From positions 117,552,001 to 117,616,000 of the forward strand of contig OX597814.1 of the NCBI GenBank assembly GCA_951406725.2: a stretch of DNA of 64,000 bases, written 5' to 3'. Within the stretch, counting starts at the first letter, position 1. The number at the start of each line of letters is the position of its first letter. The notes below the pieces were generated by a model. It ran no database searches. It saw only the letters and a program-made list of their open reading frames with translations, and had not been told where the DNA came from. The translations under genes were made by a program, and so were the position numbers. Shown here piece after piece: positions 1-11,929 of this stretch. This stretch comes from Octopus vulgaris (Eukaryota).

Positions 1-343
1 AGGCATATGCATCACAATTGTATGTGCGTGACATGGTGATATCATATCAAGATAAACAGCGCATTATCTTGCAGGTGGGGCCCAGTTCGAATTTTCTTCT
101 GGTTGAGTAACCCATCCCGATCAAAAGGTCTCTGAATAAGTGATGTTTAAGGATGTTGAACGAACCACCCGTGTTTCCAAATGTGAATTATCCAAACCTC
201 TAAGAACTCCTTTCAACACATGGCTATGATGCTCCCCCACTACTTCTGCTCGTGATCAGAGATGCACATGTGATCAGCCATTAAGTGACATGCTCAACTG
301 GTTAAGGTCAAACAATTGACAAGCAAATCTGTGGTATTGAGCA

Positions 344-346
<3 letters not shown>
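1..346 (-). mobile_element. Partial copy of a non-coding interspersed repeat associated with (TAA)n; same family as 41701-42255
   Basis: Reverse complement aligns along its length with ~41810-42157 (e.g. tattctgctcaatac.acagatttgcttgtca, agaagtagtgggggagcatcatagccatgtgttga). Runs off the window start. Confidence 0.85.
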
Positions 347-382
<36 letters not shown>

Positions 383-419
383 CAATAATAATAGTAATAA
401 TAATAATATGTAATAATAA

Positions 420-478
<59 letters not shown>

Positions 479-673
479 TTATTAATATTATTATTATTAT
501 CATTATTATTATTATTATCATTATTCTATGTTTGACTTTTGCTTTATGTTTGTACAAGTTGGCTCTAAGTCTCACCCAGAGACCTCAAGAGACAACAGGT
601 TGGATTATTATTATTATTATTACTATTATTATTATTATCATTATTATTATTACTATTATTATTATTATTATTA

Positions 674-711
<38 letters not shown>

Positions 712-752
712 GTTATTATTATTATTATTATTAATACTATTATTATTACTAC

Positions 753-782
<30 letters not shown>
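345..782. repeat. Compound (AAT)n/(ATT)n microsatellite, interrupted by a LINE 3' tip
   Basis: (AAT)n at 345-420 switches to (ATT)n from 421; 525-603 is non-repeat. Confidence 0.95.
525..603 (-). mobile_element. ~80-bp 3'-terminal fragment of the R4/Dong LINE
   Basis: Near-identical to 783-861, the 3' end of the adjacent LINE; flanked by TAA repeats. Confidence 0.85.
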
Positions 783-784
<2 letters not shown>

Positions 785-2423
785 TATGTTTGACTTTTGC
801 TTTATATTTGTACAAGTTGGCTCCAAGTCTCACCCAGAGACCTCAAGAGACAACAGGGTTGAAGTTCATGTTGTTGTTATGCCTAGTGTGCCATATATTT
901 GGGGGTGGGGATGTTGTACTAATGAATGTCTAAAAAGAAAAAAAAAAGGTTTTTTTTTTTTTTTTTTTTTTAAACCGAAAATTATGTTTGTTTTAAACCT
1001 TGAGATTACATAGAGAGTATTTTGCGTAGGATATGAGCAGTTCCCATGAGCACTATCTTTTGAACTTCTGCCATTTTTGGGTTTCCTGGTATCTGAGTTA
1101 GGTAGCTATCAGCCCCTTTTGCTATCATTCCCAGGGCACCTATGACAACAGGTATTGTTTTAGTCTTCAGCTTCCACATTTTGCTGATTTCTATTTCAAG
1201 ATCTTTATATTTGCTCAGTTTTTGGTAGGTCTTGACAGATACGTTTATATCGATTGGGACAGTCATATCAATGAGGAGGCATGTTCTTTGTTTGAAGTTT
1301 TTCAATATGATGTCTGGCCTATTTGCATCTATCTTCCTGTCAGTTTGAATGGTGAAGTTCCAGAGGAGTGAGATGTGGTCATTTTCAAGCACTGGGGGTG
1401 GTTTGTGTTCCCACCAGTTTTTTTCATGGGGCAAATCCAGGTTTTTACAGATTACCCAGTGAATATATTGTGCAACTCTATCGTGCCTGTTGAGATACTC
1501 TGTAGGCGCTAGAAGACTGCACTTGGAGACCACATGGTCAATGGTTTCATTTTGTTGCTTGCATACACGACACGTTGGACTGCTTCTGATCTTTAATATG
1601 TTGGCCTGGTAGTTTCTTGTTGGTAGGCATTGATCTTGAGCTGCTATGATAAACCCCTCTGTTTCAGATTTTAAGCCAGAGGCCATTAGCCATTGATGGG
1701 TCAGGGCTTTGTCGATATCTGCATTATTCGCTCTCTTTGGGTATTTGCCATAGAGAGGTTTTTCTTGCCATTTATTATTCAGAATATCTAAGGCCGCAGT
1801 TTTGGCACGGGTTTTCATGCGCCTAGCTTTTTCTGTGCTTGTTTCTTGTATATCTATCTCTAATTCCGAAATTGGTTGTATTCGGAATTCACTTAGATAT
1901 TCCTTTGCCTGTTTTGTGACTGAGTATGATGCTTTCTTGTTTTCATGTTTTGAGACAAGTTTTAGCATCCAGTCCTCAGAGTTTTTCAGGTAGGTGTCTA
2001 GGCCAATTGTAGCAATCTTCATTGTTATTGCCAGTTGCAAAAGACCACGGCCTCCCTCTTTTCTTGGCAGATAGAGTCGTTCTGTATCTGCCTTAGGGTG
2101 GTGCATTCTATGCATTGTCAACAGTTTCCTTATTTTTCTGTCGAGCTGACATATTTCAGTAATTGACCAGTTAACAATATTGAAACTGTAAGTCACGACT
2201 GGTATAGCTAATGCATTGATTGCTTCGATCCTGTTTCTTGCATTCAGCTCTGTCTTGAGTATTGCTCTCACTCTTCGATAGCATTCTCTCCTGATCCTTT
2301 CCTTCATCTCTGAATGCCTTATTCCGTTCCCTTCAATTATCCCTAGGTACTTGTAGCTCTCCGCTGGGTCTAGTTCTTTTATGACATTCTGTTGGTCAAG
2401 GTTAACGTTAGATGTTTCTGTCA

Positions 2424-2427
<4 letters not shown>
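783..2427 (-). mobile_element. 5'-truncated R4/Dong-clade non-LTR retrotransposon inserted in (TAA)n
   Basis: Contains ORF 1006-2424 and a ~220-bp 3' UTR; (TAA)n on both sides in element sense. Dong elements are known to target TAA repeats. Confidence 0.9.
1006..2424 (-). CDS. C-terminal half of R4/Dong ORF: end of RT (YKYLG), thumb, CCHC zinc knuckle and restriction-like endonuclease
   Basis: YKYLG, LYLPRKEGGRGL, CRVCKQQNETIDHVVSKC, RHD, RPDIIL...LIDMTVP...KYKDL (PD-D/ExK). Uninterrupted 472 aa. The ATG is probably an internal Met exposed by truncation. Confidence 0.9.
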
Positions 2428-2498
<71 letters not shown>

Positions 2499-2580
2499 CG
2501 CTATTATTAGTATTTGTTTTTATTATTATTATTGCTGTTGCTATTATTACTATTAATATTCATGCTTTTCATCATGAGAA

Positions 2581-2871
2581 ATCAAAATAAGTAACAGGAT
2601 ATCAAGTAGAAATGCAGTACGACCGTTTCGAGCGACTCCTTTTAATTGAACAAGGCAATCGTTACATTGATTTGAATGTAGTGTTATCTTCACCTGCACA
2701 AATAAATACATAATATATATTAATGTGTCATACTCGTTAAAATTCCATTTATTTGTACAACTTAGGATAACATTACATTTAAATTGATGTAATGATTGCC
2801 TTGTTCAATTAAATGGAGCCACTTGAAATGGTTGTTCTGCTCTACTACTTGATACCCTGTTGCTTATTTTG

Positions 2872-2873
<2 letters not shown>
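2581..2873. mobile_element. Fold-back element (arms 2581-2707 and 2747-2873) from a PLE pseudo-LTR, carrying a near-intact HHR
   Basis: Arms align as diverged reverse complements. Minus strand 2613-2698 reads tgcag-gTGAAGA...ctc-GAAA-cggtc-GTA-ctgca. Right end abuts (TA)n. Confidence 0.75.
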
Positions 2874-2910
<37 letters not shown>

Positions 2911-3139
2911 TCACACACACAATTATACATGTTCATGTTTCCGTACGTCTATCTGCATGTGTGTGTATGTGCAAATATATACCTCTGTATATCTGTTTCA
3001 ATATCTATTCATGTCTCTATTTGTGTGACTACCTACCAACTTCCATCTTTATTCAAATGTTTATATATATATTTATATATTTAAAATTAAATAAGGGTAG
3101 ACATTTATATTTTAAAAAAAACGAAGGTTAAATTTTTTT

Positions 3140-3321
3140 TACAAAATTTAGAGGATTGACTACTAAAAGTGGACAGCCTGTACACTAGAAATAGACGTAA
3201 AAATCGCATTTTCCCCGGAGAATGTATTCTCAAGTAAAAAGTCAGCAAAAATGGCGATTTTGACGTCTATTTCTAGTATACAGGGTGTCCACTTTTTGTG
3301 GTCAATCCTCTAAATTTTGTA
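3140..3321. repeat. Fold-back element with ~70-bp arms abutting (TA)n
   Basis: tacaaaatttagaggattgac...gacgtaaaaatcgc pairs with gcgattttgacgtc...gtcaatcctctaaattttgta. A related single arm lies at ~15040-15105. Confidence 0.8.
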
Positions 3322-4069
3322 TATATATATATATATATATGAGTGCAGAGTTAGGGCCGTGAGACTGACTCAATATGTGTATTTCTATGCTCTTCTATGA
3401 GCTTGTATTTGTCACTAAGTGCGTTGGTGTCTCTGGATTAATATTACTTTGTATGGAAACATATATAAAACTGGAGATATTATGAATCTAAACTCGTTTA
3501 GTTTAATATGACGAAAACGCTCTTGTCTACCAAAACATTGATATATGAGTTATGGAAAATGAAGTTAGGGATTATACCATGCAGATTTAACACCCATAAT
3601 TCCTAAATATTCGTGATATAAATTATGGAATTCTTTTTTTCCAGAAATATGCATTCAATGTGTGTATGGTGTGGAAGATATAACTTTCTGTACCCCAGTA
3701 AAATGTAATAGATTCCAAATTATTAATAAGTTGTAAGGCAAGAGAATGTCTTCGCTATTTTGATAGGTGATGTAAATCTTTTGTATTATCTTTAATTATC
3801 TGAAATGTTGAGAGGAAACCAAGCGTTATTGTAAAGGTAACGAACATTAAATTTGACAAGTTACGAGGGACAATCGTATGCCGTATGACAATATTTCACT
3901 TGAGAGGATTAATATGATAAACCGATTCGTCAGATACAGCTGCACAACATTTGTAATCTCCATAGTGTATGGAAACACATGCATATACACTGAGTGCCTA
4001 TATCTATCTACGCTATCAACTCCCATAAATAAACACACATATATATATGCATAGATATGCATTGAAATA

Positions 4070-4073
<4 letters not shown>

Positions 4074-4156
<83 letters not shown>
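4074..4156. repeat. (TA)n microsatellite, representative of dozens of (TA)n, (CA)n, (TACA)n and (GA)n tracts in the window
   Basis: Directly visible. Confidence 0.98.
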
Positions 4157-4159
<3 letters not shown>

Positions 4160-4270
4160 TAAATATATGTATGGGAATATATGCATGTATGTATATACGT
4201 ATGTCTCTCTCTCTCTATATATATATATAAATATGCCTGTTCGTTTGTTCCTCTCTTCCTATCTATTTCA

Positions 4271-4343
<73 letters not shown>

Positions 4344-5399
4344 TGTGTATAAAATTATTTGTATGTATACGTTTGTAAATTCATGTTGCAAGATATCTGA
4401 TGTGCAATCGTGTGTTGAAACATATTATTGTTTTCCGGAATGGTCATGTTTTTTTCCCAAATAAACACACGCAATATATATTTGTTTTTAACGCATTTAT
4501 AACTGTTCATTTTTCCTTGAAATCCCACCTACTGAAGAGTACAAATTCGACCTTTATGACGTTCTCTCCGTGGAAATCTTGGTCCATTTGTCAGAAATAA
4601 TTATCTGGAAATATAAAATCAGGGGATGATCTATTTTAACATGCAATCCGCTTCAATTCATTTATTTCATGAAAATTATTGAACTTTGTTCAATAAATGA
4701 AATTTTATACGAATCATGTCTTTATATATGTATATATATATATATATATAATATACATGTGTGCATATCTGTACATATAATCAGAGACAAAGAGAGAAAT
4801 AGAAAAAGTGTAAATATATTTACGGAGAAAAGTGAGTCTTTGTACCAGCGCATGCATGTGAGAGAGGAGTTTAATTGAAGCCGCCTGTTTGAAGTAATAA
4901 AGTAGTAAATATATTTTGCGTTTGAAATAAAATTTAAAGTGTAAGAGCTGTTCATTTATGCCATGCGGCATTCCCTTGCAATCCAATAAATCGAAATAGA
5001 AGAGATGATCAAGCAGGGCAATGATATTTCCCGCAAAATATATGTATTTATTTACTATCTATGAAGGGATGATAATTAAGCTTATCAATGCCAATGTGCA
5101 TGTAATGTTTATATATGACGCCGAGTTTTATTAGTTTTGAGATAATGAATGCGAAAAAAAGGCAATATTTTTGAAATTAGTTAGGGCGAGTGGAAACTTC
5201 CCAACATTACGCTAAGCGTGAAAATCAAATGGAAAGTATACTTAGAATGAACGTAAAATAAGAATTGTTAACTAGTCAAACGCATATCCGTTGCTTGAAG
5301 AAATAACTTTGAGAAGAGGGATTAATTCTGGTCGGAAGAGATAAATGGAATTTTTTATTGAAATATAAACACAATTAATCAAATATACAATATGAGCAA

Positions 5400-6320
5400 A
5401 TTATTTGAGGAAGTGACCCAGTTGATACTTTCTTACCAGTAAGTGACCTCCCTGTAAAATATTAATGGTAAAAAGATTGTACACACACGTTTACGCGCAT
5501 GACCTTCGCGGGAAATGCGAATAAATTGAGCAAGGGAAACCACAATGCGATAAAACGTACATTAGGGAGAAAGGAGGGAAACTGACTAGTCGTGTGAATG
5601 TGCATAAAGACAAATTAGGGATTCATCTCTTAAGAATATCTCATGCAGTGAACATCTGAATATCAGGGCAAATGAGAAATTTTAAATATTCCAAGTGTAC
5701 AAAATAATCGATGACAATTTACAACGAAAGAATATTTCATAAGAATTCTAAATCCGAAACATACTCATAAAAGATTTTGTAATATTGTTTTTAATAAAGA
5801 TTTTTTTTTTTAAATTACCTTTACACTACACAAGTATTCTTCTCTTTCTAACATGCATATATATTCCCTTTTCTCTATCTGCTTATCCTGCTAGTACTTT
5901 CACAATATTTTATTTACGCTACAAGACACCTCTAAATGAAGAGCACATGGAATTAATGCCTCCGCACTATTCATCTGTTATAACTAAATATGGACTCCTA
6001 ACAGAATTTACATACCATGGACAGGAAACCTTTCTACACATTCTACATAGCACTTTACTTGGATAATGAAAATCCAACTGTAACGTTCAACATATATATA
6101 TTTATTATCTTATTTCCCTTTATACTTCCTATATCTCTCGCTTTCCAAAATAACTTCTGCTATTGAACTCTACTACTTCCCTCTATTTATCTTTCTCATT
6201 TCGTCTCTGATGAAGGGATATCCCTCATATCATTGACAAAACTGTAAGACTACATTTCTCTTTATAAATGTCCTAGAAATTTCATTCTGCTTTGTTGTCT
6301 CATTTTATTTAACCCCACCT
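5400..6320 (+). mobile_element. Decayed PLE 3' part: GIY-YIG endonuclease remnant plus pseudo-LTR with degenerate HHR
   Basis: ~5543-5620 translates QCDKTYIREKGGKLTSRVNVHKDKL (C..YIGET..L..R..H pattern). HHR-like gtct-CTGATGA-agggatatccct...GTA-agac at 6203-6250, with the GAAA box decayed. Confidence 0.65.
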
Positions 6321-6349
6321 CCACACACACACGCATATATATATACATG

Positions 6350-6545
6350 TGACCGCGTGTGTACCGTTGGCGAAAATTTTCCCTCCGTCTTCCCTCTCTG
6401 GATCTTTCCTTTCCCTATGTCTCTAACGAAGAGCTCCGCTCGAAACGTAAAACCTTCCTTCCCTTCCTTCCTGAGCGTCCAATAATACTATATTTGTTCC
6501 ACTTGCTCGCGTAGTTGTGTTTTCTCTTGGTGTTTTCATGTTGGT
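6350..6545 (+). mobile_element. Short repeat with degenerate minimal HHR; related to 26280-26466
   Basis: ctaacga-agagc-tcc-gctc-GAAA-cgta at 6423-6449. Shares gaagagc...gctcgaaacgta and a downstream tgagcgt...taatac with 26280-26466. Confidence 0.55.
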
Positions 6546-6689
6546 GAGTGTGTGTGTATGTATCTATGTATGTGTATATATAAAATCAAATGAATGATAA
6601 TAAACGATGAATTATTGTCAGCTCATTAGAGCTGTATCTTACGTAATCTTTGAATAGGAGAATGAAAGCATTACATCATTATAAAAGAC

Positions 6690-6870
6690 TGTAATTTTCT
6701 CCAAGCAAAAGAATATCTTCTTAAACAGTAGATAGGGTTGCAGACTATGCTACACGGAGCTATTTGATATTGTAAGGCGATATATTGGTGAAAATGTTCT
6801 AAATAATAAACTAAACATTCATCTTTCCGGCATATATGAGGCTACCCGCACGTTTAAATACTATAAGGAC
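6690..6870 (+). pseudogene. PLE GIY-YIG C-terminal remnant (Naiad-like)
   Basis: Translates LNSR*GCRLCYTELFDIV...VLNNKLNIHLSGIYEATRTFKYYK, homologous to LNNRAGCQLCCVELLNIL...LINKRSEFKPSCIRKLINTFKYYK at 24399-24590. Confidence 0.75.
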
Positions 6871-7089
6871 ATTAAACAACCTCTAGAACAACCCTTAACC
6901 TATGTCCAATCCATCTCACTCTCTTCTCGTACCATTCGTATCTGAGTCGTCATCTTAATTGTTATATATATATAGATTCAGATGAATATGATACTTAAGT
7001 TAAAGTCACCAGAATTTTGTATGGTATTATCGATATAAATCAAATGGGGGGGATATAATCAAAATAAACAACACCTATATCCAAGGTAG

Positions 7090-7177
7090 AGTAGTACAAT
7101 TGTTTCATGCTACTTCATTTCATTAAACACTGTACGTATTACATCAGTTTTGAAATGTCGAGCAATCTTCAGCCACT
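7090..7177 (-). ncRNA. Type I hammerhead ribozyme (PLE pseudo-LTR type)
   Basis: agtgg-CTGAAGA-ttgct..catttca...tgaaatg..agcat-GAAA-caatt-GTA-ctact. Stem I agtgg/ctact, long stem II, palindromic ACAATTGT stem III. Confidence 0.75.
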
Positions 7178-9661
7178 TATAGAATTTTCCAATTAAACGG
7201 ACAATGCACATTCTTGCCCCCATTTAATTTGCCAACATTATAAAGAGGGTAGATATATAGACAAAAATGTTGATTTCATTCTTAAGAACATGATAGCAGT
7301 ATATTCACTTTCTGACTGTAGATTTTATCATTGAGTTCACTTTGTTATTTAGATCTCTCAGTGGGGAGAGGGTTTTATTCTTGGTTGAATGGAGACAAAC
7401 AAGAAATTTTTCTATTTATAGATATAGGAAGGGGTCATTGATGATACATATTCGGCATGAAAGCGTGATCACATGGGTGCCTACTCAGTGCAGTCCAACT
7501 ACTTTTAATAATTTCTGTGTCTAAAAAACAAACCTTCATATTTTGGAAACCAACTTATAGAAAGCCAACTCATCAGTAGAAAAAGTACCTGAATAAAAAC
7601 AGATAAAATCTTGTAACGAATTTTAAGTACACACGGCGAGGATGTTCCTTCATCGGTCATTGAACAAGAGTTATCAGTTCTATCTCTTTCAATCATAAGT
7701 ATGTATTGAATAAAATTTACCCTACCGACACTTCTAAAGGAATAACGATTGCATGGTCACGCCATAAATGTTTCTCATAGGTTTAATAGATGAGAGCTGT
7801 CCTGCACGTAGAATGGTTTGAATGAACTTTGAATGAACGTAGAATGAACGAAGAGTAGTTTCAATGAAACAATGGGCAGCTATGAATATAAATCTAGTCT
7901 ATGCGCAACCTATAGAACTTCATGATATTTTCATCACCGCATAACTCATGAGACACTCATTAATAATGTAATATTATAAGCTGATGTTTAGAGCTAGCTG
8001 AGGTCATTTAATAAGACATTTCTTACTTTCTTTGTCTCACATTTGCTAACTCATCATATGCATACAACGACGTTCTAGCAGTGTAATTGCCAAAAACGTG
8101 TTAGTCCCGACCGTCACATTCTTGTATTCAAATGCATTGTTTCGTGGAATAAAGCATTATTTAACCTTTTCAGTTGTTAGGGTGCAATTGAAGGGAAAAC
8201 AGATTGGCATATTTAGGATATTTTAGAAAAATATTTATATCACACGATGACGTTTCTAATACGGCTGTTATTTCTAGGAGATCCAGTTTCTTGAAAGAAA
8301 GCTTAATAGTGTCCAGTGTCTACAAATATTTTAATCACAGGATATGTTCCATGTCGCCAAAACATTCAATTTCAAGATTCTCATTTCACTTGCCACATAA
8401 TAAATATGCGCATTTATGTAAGTAGGCATTCATGTGTGTATTAATATATGTTTAATAAAATAATTCCCAGGAACAAGTGAGCAAATGATGTTCCTTACGA
8501 TATATACACATATATACAAATGAATACACCCACACGTGCATATACAGTGGATGAATGTGCGCACATACGTAAGATCTACATTGTGCTTTCTCACGCACGA
8601 ATCGGGCATACGTGTTAATCAAATTAGCACATGTCGTTATAAACAATTCCACAAAGAAGATGTATTGTGTCAATAGAAATAATTATGTTGAATTCGTTAT
8701 ATATTCTCTTGGAAAGACGCACTGGCTTATCTAGGGAAATAGTATTTTATTCATAGAATTAATACAAAACCAATTCTTGTTGATTCAGGTAGTAGTTACA
8801 CGAGGAATTATTAATGATCACAATACTTTCATTTCAAGATTTCGCTGTTTCAGGTAGCAATACAAACAGAGATTCTAAGACATTTGGTAGCAATGAAATA
8901 TTGGCAATGTACATCCAATCAAACTTGTGTAAAGAAATCGCTAGAATGGATAACGTCTAACAAATTCTATTTGATATCAGAAAGCATTTCAGAGAAGGTA
9001 GTTATTTACTCTTGCCAATAATGTATAAAGCTGTAACAGTCTCAGAGACCTTTCACATGGAATGCCAAAGGTCTTATAATGGAGGATACCAAGCCTACAT
9101 ATATTTCAACTCTGTCCATAATATATAACAACAAAAGCAACAAATAAAGGTAAAATCAATATAGATTTACTCGCTCCCTGGAGCAATACTTTATCCACAA
9201 AATTATTTGTATATCATTTGGACATTTGTTCATTAGAGTTTCTCCACCAAACATTATTCCATATGCAACAGTTTCACCTTTTATGACGTATTACTTTCGT
9301 ACATTTCTATCTACTTTTCAGAGTTTTGGAAGGATTATTTCACAATTCCAAATATGTTTAACATTTAAAGAATAAATAAAGTAATCATTTTTAGTTGCAA
9401 CTAAAGAACAATTTACAATCAAAAACTGTACTGTTAGATTGACTTAAATTTGTAATAAGAGGATATTTAATGAATAGTCAAATCACTGTTATATCTAAAT
9501 CTAAATGTATTAGGTACCTAATCGGTTAATATATAAGAAAACATTTAAAGACTATTGTGAAGCATACATGTACACGCACAAACACGCACACATATTTTAT
9601 CCCATATATGCTTTATATTCTGCGTGGATGTATGTGCGCGTATGTATGAGTGTGTGCGAGT

Positions 9662-9737
<76 letters not shown>

Positions 9738-9829
9738 ATGGTATCTGTTTGTGTATTGTAGTATCTTTGGTTGACCCACACCAATGGCTTGACAGCTGGG
9801 GCTGGTGTTTTTAAGACGAAAGAGACCAG

Positions 9830-11692
9830 TAGTACATGTAACATGCTTTATAAAAATAAAAGAAAAAGAAAACACTGGTGGTCAATAAGTCCGACTGCAA
9901 TTCTTCAAGGCGGTGCCTATGCATCGCCGCAGTCTAACGCGAGAAAAATATCTGACTTCCGCAGGTCCGATGATAATAGACTAGACAAGAAATATGAATT
10001 CAACAAGGGCAATATGGATAATTTTAACCAGCTATCAGGGAAAGGAATATTTAACACCAGAAGGGACTCCTGCATTAACACCAACATAGCACAGGCTGTT
10101 GTGGGGTGGGGATGGTAATAAAGCAGGGACCAGCAGTCTAGAGAAGACGACATCAACACAAACCTATATTTTCACAGGTCAGGGAGCGGGAATCATTAAA
10201 AATAGCAGCGCGGTAATACCTACGGATAAAAAGGTTTGGAAATATGGAGTCGATTGAAAAAAAGTGTAGCAGAGATATGCGCAAGGAACTATAACACAAT
10301 AAATAATAAGAAAAGCCAATTAGGTCTTTGTAATTGTGTTAGGAATAAAGCTCGCACCTTATACTCCGGATGCTTGACGAAGAACCTAGATGCAAAATCA
10401 CTTCTCGGGGATGACGTAGTTCTGTATTGGAGCCAGCTCGCTAAATCTCAAAAACAGTCTAGCTAATCATTTAGGATTATCTAGGATCGTGCTGAACAGC
10501 ACGATCCTAAGCAAACTAATTACCACCCTTAAAGATAAAAAAAATTGCTCTACCACGGAGTGGGAGATAATTAGTACACCTGAAACGAATCATGCAGGTG
10601 TAAGCTTTTCTTTTTTGAAGAAATGTAACAAAACCCAAGACAAAATACTTAATAGTTTGCTGGAACACGCCATAAGATACTTACATAAACATATCAAAAC
10701 ATACCATCAACAACATAAACATACAACTAACAAAGAGGTGGGAAAAGAATGATAGAAGCACATATCCTAAACTTCCCCAATCAAAGCGGTGAGCTGGCAG
10801 AAACTTTAGCACGCCGGGCGAAATGCTTAGCGGTATTTCGTCAGCCTCTACGTTCTGAGTTCAAATTCCGCCGAGGTCGAAATTGCCTTTCATCCTTTCG
10901 GGATCGATTAATAAGCACCAGTTATGCATTGGGGTCGATATAATCGACTTAATTCGTTTGTCTGTCCTTGTTTGTTCTCTCCGTGTTTAGTCCCTTGAGG
11001 GTAGTAAAGAAATAGGTATTTCGTTTGTCTTTATGTTCTGAGTTCAAATTCCGCCGAGGTCGACTATGACTTTCATCCTTTCGGGGCCGATAAATTAAGT
11101 ACCAGTTGCTTAATGGGGTAATCTAATCGACTGGTTCCCCCCACCAAATCTTCGGATCTTGTGACTAGATTAGAAAAAATTATATGGGCGTTACGTAACC
11201 AACCTAATATATATCCTGTATAATTTCTGCTACCCAGCATTAATACCATAGCAACGAATATATATGAATATCTTATAATATTACATTACAAGGACTAGAC
11301 TTGAAAGTAAGGTTATGGAGTACCTAATTACTACAATACTCAGCGAATCCTTCGAGAACAGTAACACTAGCCACGATCTAATTATAATCCTGACTTCCAC
11401 CAGTAACTGGTGTGAAACCCGGATCAACCACGCAAACTTAAGAAGAGATCAGATTTCAGATTCAAAACAAACTTCCCTCACTTCCGCTCGAGGCCTAACC
11501 AACAACAAAAAGAAAACAGTACCCGTATCAGTTCGCTTCGTGGCCCGCTGTGGCACAGACTCTGACTGAAGCTGAACAGAAAATTATACCGGGTTTCATT
11601 TGAAAGTGCTCATATTCTGTGCAGTAGAACACGTGTAGGTTGTAACAACCATACAAATTTACTGTGTGAAATTGTAAATAAATAAAAATAAA
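9830..11692 (+). mobile_element. Decayed Naiad-like PLE (linker, GIY-YIG, pseudo-LTR), interrupted by a SINE
   Basis: ~10326-10575 translates LCNCVRNKARTLYSGCLTKNL (CxCx5C-like, third Cys codon now CGC) ... NSTILSKLITTLKDKK...EWEII. Degenerate HHR-like motif with palindromic cacgtg near 11565-11640. Confidence 0.6.
10786..11178 (+). mobile_element. tRNA-derived SINE family A (one full unit plus a second partial unit)
   Basis: Head gagctggcagaaac.ttagcacgccgggcgaaatg, B-box-like gagttcaaattcc, central gccgaggtcga...gcctttcatcctttcggg..cgat..ataagtaccag. Repeated several times in the window. Confidence 0.9.
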
Positions 11693-11693
11693 T

Positions 11694-11929
11694 GCGCCCT
11701 TTAAAAGCTTAGCCAGGCTCATGGGCCCGATTTCCCGGTTTCTATGGCGTATGTGTTTTCCAGCTAGGCGGGACGCCAGTCCAACACAGTGGTACTCATT
11801 TTTGCTAGCTGAGTGAACAGGAACAACGTGAAATGAAGTGTTTTGCTCAAGAACACAACGCGTCACTCGGTCCGGGAATCGAAACTTCATGATGTGGACA
11901 GCCTAACCACTAAGCCACGCGCCTCCACA
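11694..11929 (-). mobile_element. tRNA-derived SINE family C
   Basis: Minus strand starts tgtggaggcgcgtggcttagtggttagg (A box) ... gtttcgattcccgg (B box); head shared with 46347. Confidence 0.8.

Noticed and set aside
525-861. Repeat-spacer-repeat pattern resembling a CRISPR array
   Set aside because: Only two units, the spacer is microsatellite, the repeat is a LINE 3' end, and the context is eukaryotic.
294-933. Long Ile/Tyr-rich ORFs, and the many [12 protein letters not shown] ORFs across the window
   Set aside because: Translations of (ATT)n, (TA)n and (CA)n microsatellites.
8854-8997. Possible 144-nt plus-strand coding exon (tttcag|GTAGCA...GAGAAG|gtagtt)
   Set aside because: Weak donor, no recognisable protein similarity and no partner exons.
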